From the NCBI GenBank assembly GCA_964591055.1, contig CAZPZJ010000007.1, positions 1 to 37,409 on the forward strand: a stretch of 37,409 bases of DNA, read 5' to 3'. This document shows, one piece after another, positions 24,834-33,095 of this stretch (positions within the stretch are counted from its first letter, which is position 1; every line of letters starts with the position of its first letter). The notes beneath the pieces were generated by a model. That model made no database searches, was not told where the DNA came from, and saw only the letters and a program-made list of their open reading frames with translations. Made by a program: the position numbers and the translations under genes. Source of the DNA: an uncultured Leptospiraceae bacterium (GTDB taxonomy: Bacteria > Spirochaetota > UBA4802 > JAGODF01).

Positions 24834-26129
24834 CTACTTCCCACCAGCCGAAACAACCACGCGGAACCCGTTCCCTGACCAGCCGAACGCGAAGTCGGGA
24901 TTGTTCCAGTCCCGGAAGGCGGAACGGAGGTTGAGGTAGTAGCCTTGGTACCACGAGCCGCCGCGAAGAACTCGGGATGTCCCGCGCTCAGGACCCTTCG
25001 GATTCCGCTCTGGACTGTTTGCATAATACTGCTCATCATACCAGTCAGCACACCACTCATTCACGTTCCCAATTATGTCATACAAGCCAAAGGCGTTCGG
25101 ACGGAATCTCCCCACCGGCGCCGTCGTATGCGCATACCCATCGTTACAATCAACAATTGAACAATCTGAGCTCATCCACGATCTATACGCCCTATACGCC
25201 CTGTCCAACAAGTTCCCATAGCGACAGGCATCCCTGACATTATCCCCCCAAAAATACGCCGTTTCGCTCCCCGCACGGCACGCGTACTCCCATTCCGCCT
25301 CCGTAGGAAGCCTCACCGCCACCTTATGCTTCTCGCTGAACTTCCAGCAGAACCCCTGCGCATTATGCCAACTCACCTGCTCCACCGGACGGTTCCCCTT
25401 AAACCAGCCCTTGAAATGACTGGGATTTTTTCCCATGATCTTCTTATACTGCGCCTGCGTCACCTCGTACTTGCCCATCCAGAACCCGTCAACACTCACC
25501 CGGTGACGCGGCTGCTCTCTTCGATAGTCCGAAATACCTCCCCCATACTTCCTCACCAACTCCTCCGGGCTCTCCTTTGAGCCCATCATGAAGCTCCCCG
25601 AAGGCACGTACACAAGCTCCATCCCGCCAACAGTTTTTGTCTCTCCCGCTTTATGGGTATCAACAAAAGTTGGCTCCGTCCGCGCCGCCTTCTTCTCCCC
25701 CGGCACGTACAGGTACACCGGCATCCCCTTCGCAAGCTTTCCAAAGTATTTGCGGCTTGCCGCCTCCAGCGTGCACTTTGACGAGGTCAGCATCGGGAAG
25801 GTCGCCGTCATCATCGCCTTCTCATCCCCCACCTCCGCGTACACACGCTCCCCCATGTGCAGAATCCTTTTCGTCCGCACCAGCACCTCCCGGTTTCCCC
25901 GATTCACCCGGTGGATGCTGCCCACCGGAGTGGATGGTGAAACCACGTTTTCTTCAACTGCAACCGCTTTCGATGGGTCCGCCTTCGGGGCTGCAATCTC
26001 AGTATTTGCGGGTTCCACCCTCGCCGGTTCAGCCCGCGGCGTCTCCACCCGCGGCCGCGTGGCGCACTGTGGCAGCGCAATCGCCGCGGCGAAGAGCATT
26101 ATGAGCACGCACATTCTCCGGTCCATCAT
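24834..26129 (-). CDS. FGE-sulfatase (SUMF1/formylglycine-generating-enzyme family) domain lipoprotein
   Basis: The signal peptide and lipobox are MMDRRMCVLIMLFAAAIALPQC. The FGE-family signatures are GSFMMGS, RHRVSVDGFWMGKYEVTQAQY, NRPVEQVSWHNAQGFC, RLPTEAEWEYACRAGS, FGLYDIIGNVNEWCADWY, RVLRGGSW and GFRVVV. An extra domain of about 70 aa lies at aa 79-151 (see findings). Confidence 0.85.
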   Translation of the reverse strand: MMDRRMCVLIMLFAAAIALPQCATRPRVETPRAEPARVEPANTEIAAPKADPSKAVAVEENVVSPSTPVGSIHRVNRGNREVLVRTKRILHMGERVYAEVGDEKAMMTATFPMLTSSKCTLEAASRKYFGKLAKGMPVYLYVPGEKKAARTEPTFVDTHKAGETKTVGGMELVYVPSGSFMMGSKESPEELVRKYGGGISDYRREQPRHRVSVDGFWMGKYEVTQAQYKKIMGKNPSHFKGWFKGNRPVEQVSWHNAQGFCWKFSEKHKVAVRLPTEAEWEYACRAGSETAYFWGDNVRDACRYGNLLDRAYRAYRSWMSSDCSIVDCNDGYAHTTAPVGRFRPNAFGLYDIIGNVNEWCADWYDEQYYANSPERNPKGPERGTSRVLRGGSWYQGYYLNLRSAFRDWNNPDFAFGWSGNGFRVVVSAGGK

Positions 26130-26243
26130 CTTCCTCCAAATAATCCATTGATATCGCACACGCGCAGGAAGGATTGCTTCGTCACCGGCGTTCCTCGCAA
26201 TATCGCTGACATAAAACGTCGTGCAACGCCTTTTTCCATTCGC

Positions 26244-26720
26244 TCATTCATTCCGCGGGGCCCTGCCCACAATCACATCGACAAACCGGATTATCATTCC
26301 CCGTATGAAGCGGTATCCCGCCCTGATGATATCCACGACGGTTTCCTTCCTGTAACGCCCGTCAACGGACAGCGCGACCGCGTTATGGATTTCCGGGACG
26401 AAATCATCGCCTCCTGAACACGGTATCTCCTCCACCCCGAGCCTCTTCAGAAACGCGATAAGCTGTGTCCTCAGCACAAGCGTGTAATTATGGACGACGC
26501 GGTTCCCGCCTTGTTCCACATCAGAAAGTCGCCGGAAAAACGCCTCCGATCGCGCCAGATCGTCAAGAATTTCAATCGACATCATCGTAACGGAGTTCCG
26601 GTCGCCCCCGTTCGCATTGACATGCCCGATAAGCATCTCGATCTTTCCGCTGATCAGTCCGACACCACGGCTGTAATCGCCGCTACCCTCCGCGATTACA
26701 CGGTCAAGCTTCTGCACCAT
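26244..26720 (-). CDS. GrpE-like (C-terminal beta-domain) protein, short form
   Basis: LKRLGVEEIPCSGGDDFVPEIHNAVALSVDGRYRKETVVDIIRAGYRFIRGMIIRFVDVIV parallels the GrpE C-terminal pattern (GVE.I...G..FDP..H.A......V......GY....R.IR.A.V.V). The product is only 158 aa and lacks the long N-terminal coiled coil. This call comes from pattern memory only. Confidence 0.45.
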   Translation of the reverse strand: MVQKLDRVIAEGSGDYSRGVGLISGKIEMLIGHVNANGGDRNSVTMMSIEILDDLARSEAFFRRLSDVEQGGNRVVHNYTLVLRTQLIAFLKRLGVEEIPCSGGDDFVPEIHNAVALSVDGRYRKETVVDIIRAGYRFIRGMIIRFVDVIVGRAPRNE

Positions 26721-26976
26721 CTGTTAAAACCCTCATCAAGCCGCATGGTCACTCCCGTGTACGCGCTCAAATCATCATCGGCGGTCAGTGGCCGCCAACT
26801 TCCTCTTGTTAAGCGGACGACGTTACGTGATTTTTTTAAAGAAAAAAAAGGCCCCTCCGAAAAAAGTTGATTTTATGGCGTGATGGTTTAAGAAAATGAA
26901 AAAATCGTTAAATTTTTCCGGCAAGCTCATCCATTACAACGATGAACGACATAATTCCACCATGCCACGAGGTAGT

Positions 26977-28668
26977 ATGAACATCGACATTCTCTCTTCC
27001 GCCACGCAGGAAATCTTCATTAAAAACCTGTTTTCGGTGCTTTCGGCCGACAGGGGTACGCGCCTTTTTGGAAGGGCCAGCATCGCGCACACGGTCAAGG
27101 AGCTCGCCCTGGGCAGGGACACGCTGCAGGAGTGGTTCACCGCGTGGAAGGAAAGCCCCGGCGAGATACATTCCCTTCATGACAGCGCGCAGGACCGCGA
27201 CATGGTGCTGCTGGTCTGCTCGGCCCTGCTGAACGACGAGACCACGCACAGCGAAATCATGAGCTCGCTGTGCGAGTACGCCTCGGCCCACGGCATCAGC
27301 GCCCGCACCGTCAACACCATCTTCGCCAACAAGCTCGAGCTGGTCGGCGAGCCCTCGCTCGTCAGGCGCGCGGCGAGGATCAAGATGACGTACCTTGGCA
27401 ACGGGGATCCTTCACGGCAGGCCGTGACGCGGAAGAAGATCGCCGGCGGGGAGCAAAGCTTCTTCATCGCCAACCAGGTGACCGACGAGGGCTTTGACGA
27501 GCTGCAGCGCCTCCTCATGGCCTACTACCTGGACGTGCACGCCGCCATCGACGGCCCTCCCGGCGTGGGGAAGACGCACAGCGTGATGGAGATCGCGAAG
27601 GTCCTCGGACTGAGCCTCTATACCAAGACCTGCTCCAACCGCACCACGGAGTCGCACATCATCTCCTACCCGGTGCTGGGCGCGCAGGACGGCGTGAGCG
27701 TCACCAGGCACGTCAACGGGCCGCTCATCTGCGCCATGACCGAGCCCGGCATCTTCTACGGCGACGAGTTCAACCTGCTCAAGGAGGACGTGCAGAAGCG
27801 CATGAACAGCGCCTTCGACGAGCGGCGCTCAATCGACCGCAGCGACGGCGTGCAGATGAACGCAAAAAAGGGGTTCTGGGGCGTCATCTCCTACAACCCC
27901 ACGCAGAACTTCACCTCGCGCGACCTGGAGGACTCGGTGGCCGACCGCTTCATCCACCTCCACTACGAGCGCTGGCCCTCGGATTTCAAGGCCTACGTGG
28001 CGCACCGCAAGGCCGTGGGAGAGAAGGCCGCCGGTGGATTTTCCGATTTCGGGATATCCCTTTCGTTGCGGGGAGTGTCGGCCGACGGGCGCTTTTTCAG
28101 GGGAGTGCCGGAAAACAACTCGATCGCCTGGCGCAACTTCTTCAACGACGAGAAGGCGGCGAAGGCGCCGGAGTACGTCTACCAGGTACACGACGCCAAA
28201 CAGACGTTCGGGTACGGCAAGGACTCAGCGAAAGTGCTCTCGGAGCTGGAGCGCAACGCGTACTCGGGCGTCACGTTCGCCAGGATGCTTTCAAGCTTCA
28301 CCGACCTCCTCAACTCGCTGGGGCGCACCGGCAAATCGCCGATGCTGAAAAAAATCGGCCTGGGCGACACGCTGGAAAACGAGGACCTGGAGCTTCTCAC
28401 CCTGCACGAAAGCTCGGCGCGCATCGAGATGGCGGCGCTACGCCATTACCACTACCTTCTGGAACGGGGCTTCAACCGCTTCCTCGCCCAGACCTATGCG
28501 ACGCGCCTGGTGATCGACCAGGTCTGCTACGGCCAGTACCGCGACAAGATGCTCCGGACCAACTCGGTCTACCAGCTGGTGATGATGATCGCCAAGAGCA
28601 TGCATTTGTTCGGCGACGTCACCAGGTACAACACCAACCTCGCTTCGGCGGCGGCCGCGAAGAAATAG
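26977..28668 (+). CDS. MoxR/AAA_5-type AAA+ ATPase with N- and C-terminal extensions
   Basis: Walker A is AIDGPPGVGKTHSV (27553 onward) and Walker B is GIFYGDEFNLL. The sensor region is FWGVISYNPT. I prefer the start at ATG 26977 (GAGGT upstream); the track start at 26896 has no RBS. It lies 12 nt upstream of the vWA gene. Confidence 0.85.
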   Translation: MNIDILSSATQEIFIKNLFSVLSADRGTRLFGRASIAHTVKELALGRDTLQEWFTAWKESPGEIHSLHDSAQDRDMVLLVCSALLNDETTHSEIMSSLCEYASAHGISARTVNTIFANKLELVGEPSLVRRAARIKMTYLGNGDPSRQAVTRKKIAGGEQSFFIANQVTDEGFDELQRLLMAYYLDVHAAIDGPPGVGKTHSVMEIAKVLGLSLYTKTCSNRTTESHIISYPVLGAQDGVSVTRHVNGPLICAMTEPGIFYGDEFNLLKEDVQKRMNSAFDERRSIDRSDGVQMNAKKGFWGVISYNPTQNFTSRDLEDSVADRFIHLHYERWPSDFKAYVAHRKAVGEKAAGGFSDFGISLSLRGVSADGRFFRGVPENNSIAWRNFFNDEKAAKAPEYVYQVHDAKQTFGYGKDSAKVLSELERNAYSGVTFARMLSSFTDLLNSLGRTGKSPMLKKIGLGDTLENEDLELLTLHESSARIEMAALRHYHYLLERGFNRFLAQTYATRLVIDQVCYGQYRDKMLRTNSVYQLVMMIAKSMHLFGDVTRYNTNLASAAAAKK

Positions 28669-28680
28669 CGGCGGGCAACC

Positions 28681-31600
28681 ATGGACAAAAAAAAGTTCAG
28701 ATCGCTGCTGTCCGCGCAGGCCAGGCGGGAAATCAAAAAGCGGATCGTCGACGCCCGTCACATCGACACGGCGTACTCCCTGGGCGCGGATTTTTTCGAC
28801 GACACGCAGGTCGGTCTCTTCGAACGCTTCGTGGAACATCCCGGCTTTGAAAAGTTCATGGAAACGCGGACCGCCTCGTCGATCTCCCGTTTCGAGCACA
28901 CGCTGTCAACGCTCTTGAGGCGCATCGCGCTCGGCATCGCGCCTGAAACCATCGCTGCGATCGCGGGCGAGATGTCGGGCAAGGCCTACCGTGCCGTAGA
29001 ACGGTCATTTTTCATGGTGCCGGTGGACCGCGAATCGTTCGAGGCGTTCGAGCGCCACTTCATCGCCATCGGCGAACAGCGGCAGGACCTGACGGCCCCC
29101 TTTGTCGAGTTCTGCGCCTCCACCGAATTCAGCACGCTGCGGCAGCAATTCGCGCCCGAGCGGCCGCTCTTCAACGAGATGTTCGCCCGGCTGGCCTCGC
29201 TGCTCCTCGCAGTGAAAGATCCCGACTCGGTCAAAGCCGCCGCCGCTCTCCTCACCGCCCCCCACTCGGTGCGCCTCATCCACCTGAGCTACGACATCGG
29301 GCGCTGGGAGGAGTTTGTACTGAACCTGTTCAACATCATAGCCCGGGGGCCCGACGCGGCGCGCTTTTTCAGGCTGCTCAAGCTCTTTTCGATGCGCTAT
29401 CCGGCCGTGAAGCACCAGTCGCTCGAAAAAAAGGAAAAGGAGCACACGCGGCTCTACAGGCGGCTTGCCGGAATATGGAACTGCCTCATCATCATGCCGC
29501 CGGACCGCGTTGACGATTACCGCGCGTTTTTAAAGGATTACGGCAGCCCGCGCGACGAATTTGAAAACTTCGTGTGGGAGCTCGTGTTCAGCCTTGAGCC
29601 GGAAAAGAGCCTGAAGGCGATCAGCATTTTCGTGTCCACCGCGTTTTCCTCGCTGCGCGGCTACTACGGCTTCACGACCGAGGTGGTCAGGTTCCTGATC
29701 CGCAACATTGTCTCGGTCATTTCCGAGATGGACATCCGCGACATCTCTATTTCGCTCTACCGCATCGTGCTCAAGCTGCTGCTGGGGCTCAAGGTGGACA
29801 AAAATTTCCTTGACAGGCGCGCGGCCTTCTTCATGTGGATGAAGGAGCAGACATCCTCGACGCTGGTTGAGCTCGAGGTGATACGATTCCTGCTGTTCGA
29901 GTACATCTTCATCGCGCTCAAGCTTGTCGACAACGGTCAGCGCATGAAGATGACGCGCTTCTGCGATCCCAACCACGCGGCGTTCTGCCATCATATCGAT
30001 GAGCTTTTCGGTGACATGCGATACATGCGCAACCGCTCGAAACTTGAGGTGTTTGCGCCGGTGCTCGCCATGATTCGCGCCGGCCTCTGGAAGCCCCTGT
30101 TTGAAAAATTCTCCCGTCAATCATTGCTCCTCGAAACGATCATCAGCGTCGCCGAGAGCATGGACATCGAGGACGCCGTGCTCAAAGCGCTCGCGGACAC
30201 CGAGCCCGAACACCTGGAGCGCTACTGCGAAACGCTGATGGACACGTTCAGGCAGGACCCTACAAGGACGCGCGAAGCCGCCGCGCCCGACTACTGGCAC
30301 CGCGTCACGCTCGTCGATGCGATGCCGTACGTGAAGGGCGTGGTGATGCCGCTCATCGGCGGGGTGCCGATCCTCGACGGCGGCCTGTACGCCAAAACCA
30401 ACGGAAGGGAGATATACCTTCCTTCACACATCAATTTCTTCAAGGATCCGCTCGACCCGCTCACGGAAAACAGAAATCTCACCGCCTACATCTTCTGCGC
30501 CCTCCACGAGGCGGGACACATTATCGCGGGGTCGTTCCGCTTCGACATGAAGTTCTACGCGTCAAACCTGGAGCTCCCCGACCTCTTCTTCCACATCTAC
30601 AACACTTTCGAGGACTTCCGCATCGAAAGCTACATGATCAGGATCGGCGCCCACCCGCAAGCGGGCGAACTCACGTTCTTCATGAACAGCTATTTCTCGA
30701 ACAGCTTCATGAACATGGAGCTCGGCGCCGCCGTGCGCACGCTCACGCACATCGTGGACGAGGCCGTGGGCTACAACAAGGACATACGCGAAACCCCGCA
30801 GTACATGGAGCTCATCGACAGCATCATGAACGCGAAACTTTCCACGGGGCGGTTCAGGGGCATGCGCGAGATGATCGACTACGGCGTGCAGCGGCTGCAG
30901 AACCTGGACTGCGCCAACCCGCTCGCCGTGTACCCGCTGGTGCGCGAGTTCTACGAGATCATGAAGCACTGGCACGAGGCGGACCTTGCCGGCATCCTTG
31001 ACCCGGAGTGCTCGGCAAAGCCGCTGCACGATTATGACGCTGCGTCATGTCCGGAAGGCCCCCTCTCGCGCGAGGAGCTTGACGCCCTCTACCGCGCGTA
31101 CAACGAAGACCCGCTGGGGTTCCTGCACCAGTACGGCCTGGAAGCGCCCGGCGACCTCGATCCCCGCGGCAGTGAACAACGGGGCGCCGCCTCCAACGCG
31201 CAGATCGATTCGTTCGCCACCGGCATGCTGGGGGTGGAATCGCCGGACTACTCCCTTACCGGCACCATGGACTATTCGCACCGCACCCGCGCCGACGATG
31301 AAGCGGCGAAGGTGCAGACCGGTGAAATAAAAATCAAGGGTAAAACGGGAAAGCCGCCCGAGAAGAAAAAATCGCCGGAAAAAACAGGGGAGAAAAAGAA
31401 GAACAAGGGTGGGAAGAAGAAGTACGTCTACTCCATCGATCCGCGCACGCGCTCTCGCACGCGCCTGTCCGAGATCAACGAATACCCTGTGCGGGACAGA
31501 AACGCCGAGTTCTTCCACAAGTTCAGGCAGTGGGAGTACCTGGCCCAGAAGGTCTATGACCGCCTCTCGGTGCTGCTGCCCATCGTCCGTGAGGAGGAGG

Positions 31601-32292
31601 ACACCTCTTCGTTTGAGGGCGAGCTCAACATCGAAACACTCATCGAGGTGCTGAGCGACCGAAACCGCCTCCACTCCGCCGAGTTCCTCGACATCTACCG
31701 GGAGAAGCGCAGGACGCTCGAGGTGATCATCGGGCTGGACGCGAGCGGCTCCACCGGGGCATTCATTTCCGGCGCGCCGCCGACGCCGCACGCCGCCGCC
31801 ACCGAGGTGCTTGACGTTGAAAAGGCGTTCGCGATCATCCTGGGCACGGCGCTGTGCCATCTGACCGAGCGCGTCAGCTCGTACGCGTTCAACTCGCTCA
31901 CCTCCACCAACGTCTACCGCGCCGAGACCATCGACGCGGTCTCGTCCTTCACCGCGCTCAACGGCAACAGGGACGGCGACTTCATCCGCTACATCAACAA
32001 CATCATGGAGAAGAGCGACGCCGAGGTGAAGTACTTCTTCCTGCTGAGCGACGGCATGCCGGCGTCCGACAACTACATGGGCAAAGAGGCGCTTGACGAC
32101 ACGCTGATCGCCATGCGCGAGACGGTGAATTCCGGCGTCAAGCTCATCTACTTCAACGTGGACTCCGAGCGCCGGGAATACTTTGACGCATTCAAGAAGG
32201 AGGCCACGTACGCCGAGCACTTCAGCAGCCCTGAGCAGATACTTCCCGCCATCCCGGAGCTGGTGGCCAAGATCGTGGATTCAATCAAGTGA
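28681..32292 (+). CDS. 1203-aa protein: about 600-aa helical N-terminal region + HExxH metallopeptidase-like domain + polybasic linker + C-terminal vWA domain
   Basis: HEAGH lies at 30505..30519 (FCALHEAGHIIAGSF, then FEDFRIESY). The vWA MIDAS motif is LEVIIGLDASGSTG (D at 31738), with later FFLLSDGMPASDNY. A Lys-rich stretch spans 31321..31425. The layout resembles the metallopeptidase+vWA partners of MoxR ATPases. Confidence 0.8.
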   Translation: MDKKKFRSLLSAQARREIKKRIVDARHIDTAYSLGADFFDDTQVGLFERFVEHPGFEKFMETRTASSISRFEHTLSTLLRRIALGIAPETIAAIAGEMSGKAYRAVERSFFMVPVDRESFEAFERHFIAIGEQRQDLTAPFVEFCASTEFSTLRQQFAPERPLFNEMFARLASLLLAVKDPDSVKAAAALLTAPHSVRLIHLSYDIGRWEEFVLNLFNIIARGPDAARFFRLLKLFSMRYPAVKHQSLEKKEKEHTRLYRRLAGIWNCLIIMPPDRVDDYRAFLKDYGSPRDEFENFVWELVFSLEPEKSLKAISIFVSTAFSSLRGYYGFTTEVVRFLIRNIVSVISEMDIRDISISLYRIVLKLLLGLKVDKNFLDRRAAFFMWMKEQTSSTLVELEVIRFLLFEYIFIALKLVDNGQRMKMTRFCDPNHAAFCHHIDELFGDMRYMRNRSKLEVFAPVLAMIRAGLWKPLFEKFSRQSLLLETIISVAESMDIEDAVLKALADTEPEHLERYCETLMDTFRQDPTRTREAAAPDYWHRVTLVDAMPYVKGVVMPLIGGVPILDGGLYAKTNGREIYLPSHINFFKDPLDPLTENRNLTAYIFCALHEAGHIIAGSFRFDMKFYASNLELPDLFFHIYNTFEDFRIESYMIRIGAHPQAGELTFFMNSYFSNSFMNMELGAAVRTLTHIVDEAVGYNKDIRETPQYMELIDSIMNAKLSTGRFRGMREMIDYGVQRLQNLDCANPLAVYPLVREFYEIMKHWHEADLAGILDPECSAKPLHDYDAASCPEGPLSREELDALYRAYNEDPLGFLHQYGLEAPGDLDPRGSEQRGAASNAQIDSFATGMLGVESPDYSLTGTMDYSHRTRADDEAAKVQTGEIKIKGKTGKPPEKKKSPEKTGEKKKNKGGKKKYVYSIDPRTRSRTRLSEINEYPVRDRNAEFFHKFRQWEYLAQKVYDRLSVLLPIVREEEDTSSFEGELNIETLIEVLSDRNRLHSAEFLDIYREKRRTLEVIIGLDASGSTGAFISGAPPTPHAAATEVLDVEKAFAIILGTALCHLTERVSSYAFNSLTSTNVYRAETIDAVSSFTALNGNRDGDFIRYINNIMEKSDAEVKYFFLLSDGMPASDNYMGKEALDDTLIAMRETVNSGVKLIYFNVDSERREYFDAFKKEATYAEHFSSPEQILPAIPELVAKIVDSIK

Positions 32293-32346
32293 GGTGCGCG
32301 GCGGTTGCGTCTACCAATATTAAGGGCATATTTTCCCCAACTTGAG

Positions 32347-32372
32347 TAATAGAGAGAAAGGACTCTCTATTA
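32347..32372. terminator. Hairpin between convergent genes at the GC-content boundary
   Basis: TAATAGAGAG-AAAGGA-CTCTCTATTA forms a perfect 10-bp stem. It overlaps the ankyrin gene's stop codon (32370..32372). Confidence 0.45.
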
Positions 32373-32969
32373 TTCCTGCCCCCCAGCATCCCTTAAAAAC
32401 TTCGTCATTTCTTCAATCTTGGCTAACTTATCAGGATCAGGCGGGCCATATGTAAAAATACGTTTTATCATAACAAGATTGCCGAGTGCAGTTTTGCCCA
32501 GATTGTTTCTTATATTTAGATTTGCTTTTTTCGATATAAGAAACTTCATCGGCTCGTTGTTTAATGATAAAGTTGAGTACATAAGAGGTGTGCTTCCATC
32601 CAAATCTACAGCATTAATATTGGCTTTTAATTGAATTAACATCTTCATCGCCTCAATACACCCACTCTGTGTTGCAATATGTAAAGGCGTCCCCCCCTTT
32701 TCTTCCTTAGCGTTAACATTAGCCCTTTTACTTAATAAATACTTTACAGCCTCAAGATTACAGTGATTACATGCCCATAATAAAGCCATTCCACCTGATT
32801 TTTTAATACTGGCCCCGGATTTTACCGCTTTTTTAATCCCTTCAAAGTCATTTTCTTTTGCTGCGTTAATTAAATTATCGTCAGATGGATTACTGTACAA
32901 ATTAACACAAGTAAAGGCAATACAGGCAAAAAGGGTGACCGCACCGATTATCGAAGAATGAGTTCTCAT
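32370..32969 (-). CDS. Ankyrin-repeat secreted protein (low-GC)
   Basis: The signal peptide is MRTHSSIIGAVTLFACIAFTC. The ankyrin repeats include GGMALLWACNHCNLEAVKYLLSKRANVNA, GGTPLHIATQSGCIEAMKMLIQLKANINA and GSTPLMYSTL. Confidence 0.85.
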   Translation of the reverse strand: MRTHSSIIGAVTLFACIAFTCVNLYSNPSDDNLINAAKENDFEGIKKAVKSGASIKKSGGMALLWACNHCNLEAVKYLLSKRANVNAKEEKGGTPLHIATQSGCIEAMKMLIQLKANINAVDLDGSTPLMYSTLSLNNEPMKFLISKKANLNIRNNLGKTALGNLVMIKRIFTYGPPDPDKLAKIEEMTKFLRDAGGQE

Positions 32970-33095
32970 TCCTTATCCCCCCGATATTTATTTGAATAAA
33001 ACAATACTAAATACAATATAAAATATATGCTTTACATATCAATTACTTTTATTAATTTTTACAGTATATAATAATAAAAACAAAGGATTTACTTT

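Noticed and set aside
26896-26976. Track start codon (26896) for the MoxR-type ATPase
   Set aside because: There is no Shine-Dalgarno sequence ahead of 26896, and the first 27 codons are AT-rich, unlike the rest of the gene. ATG 26977 has GAGGT upstream. The longer form is not excluded.
31045-32220. 391-aa minus-strand ORF opposite the vWA domain
   Set aside because: It is an antisense shadow ORF (runs of R, G, V, L, H). The plus frame has the MIDAS motif and continuous vWA signatures.
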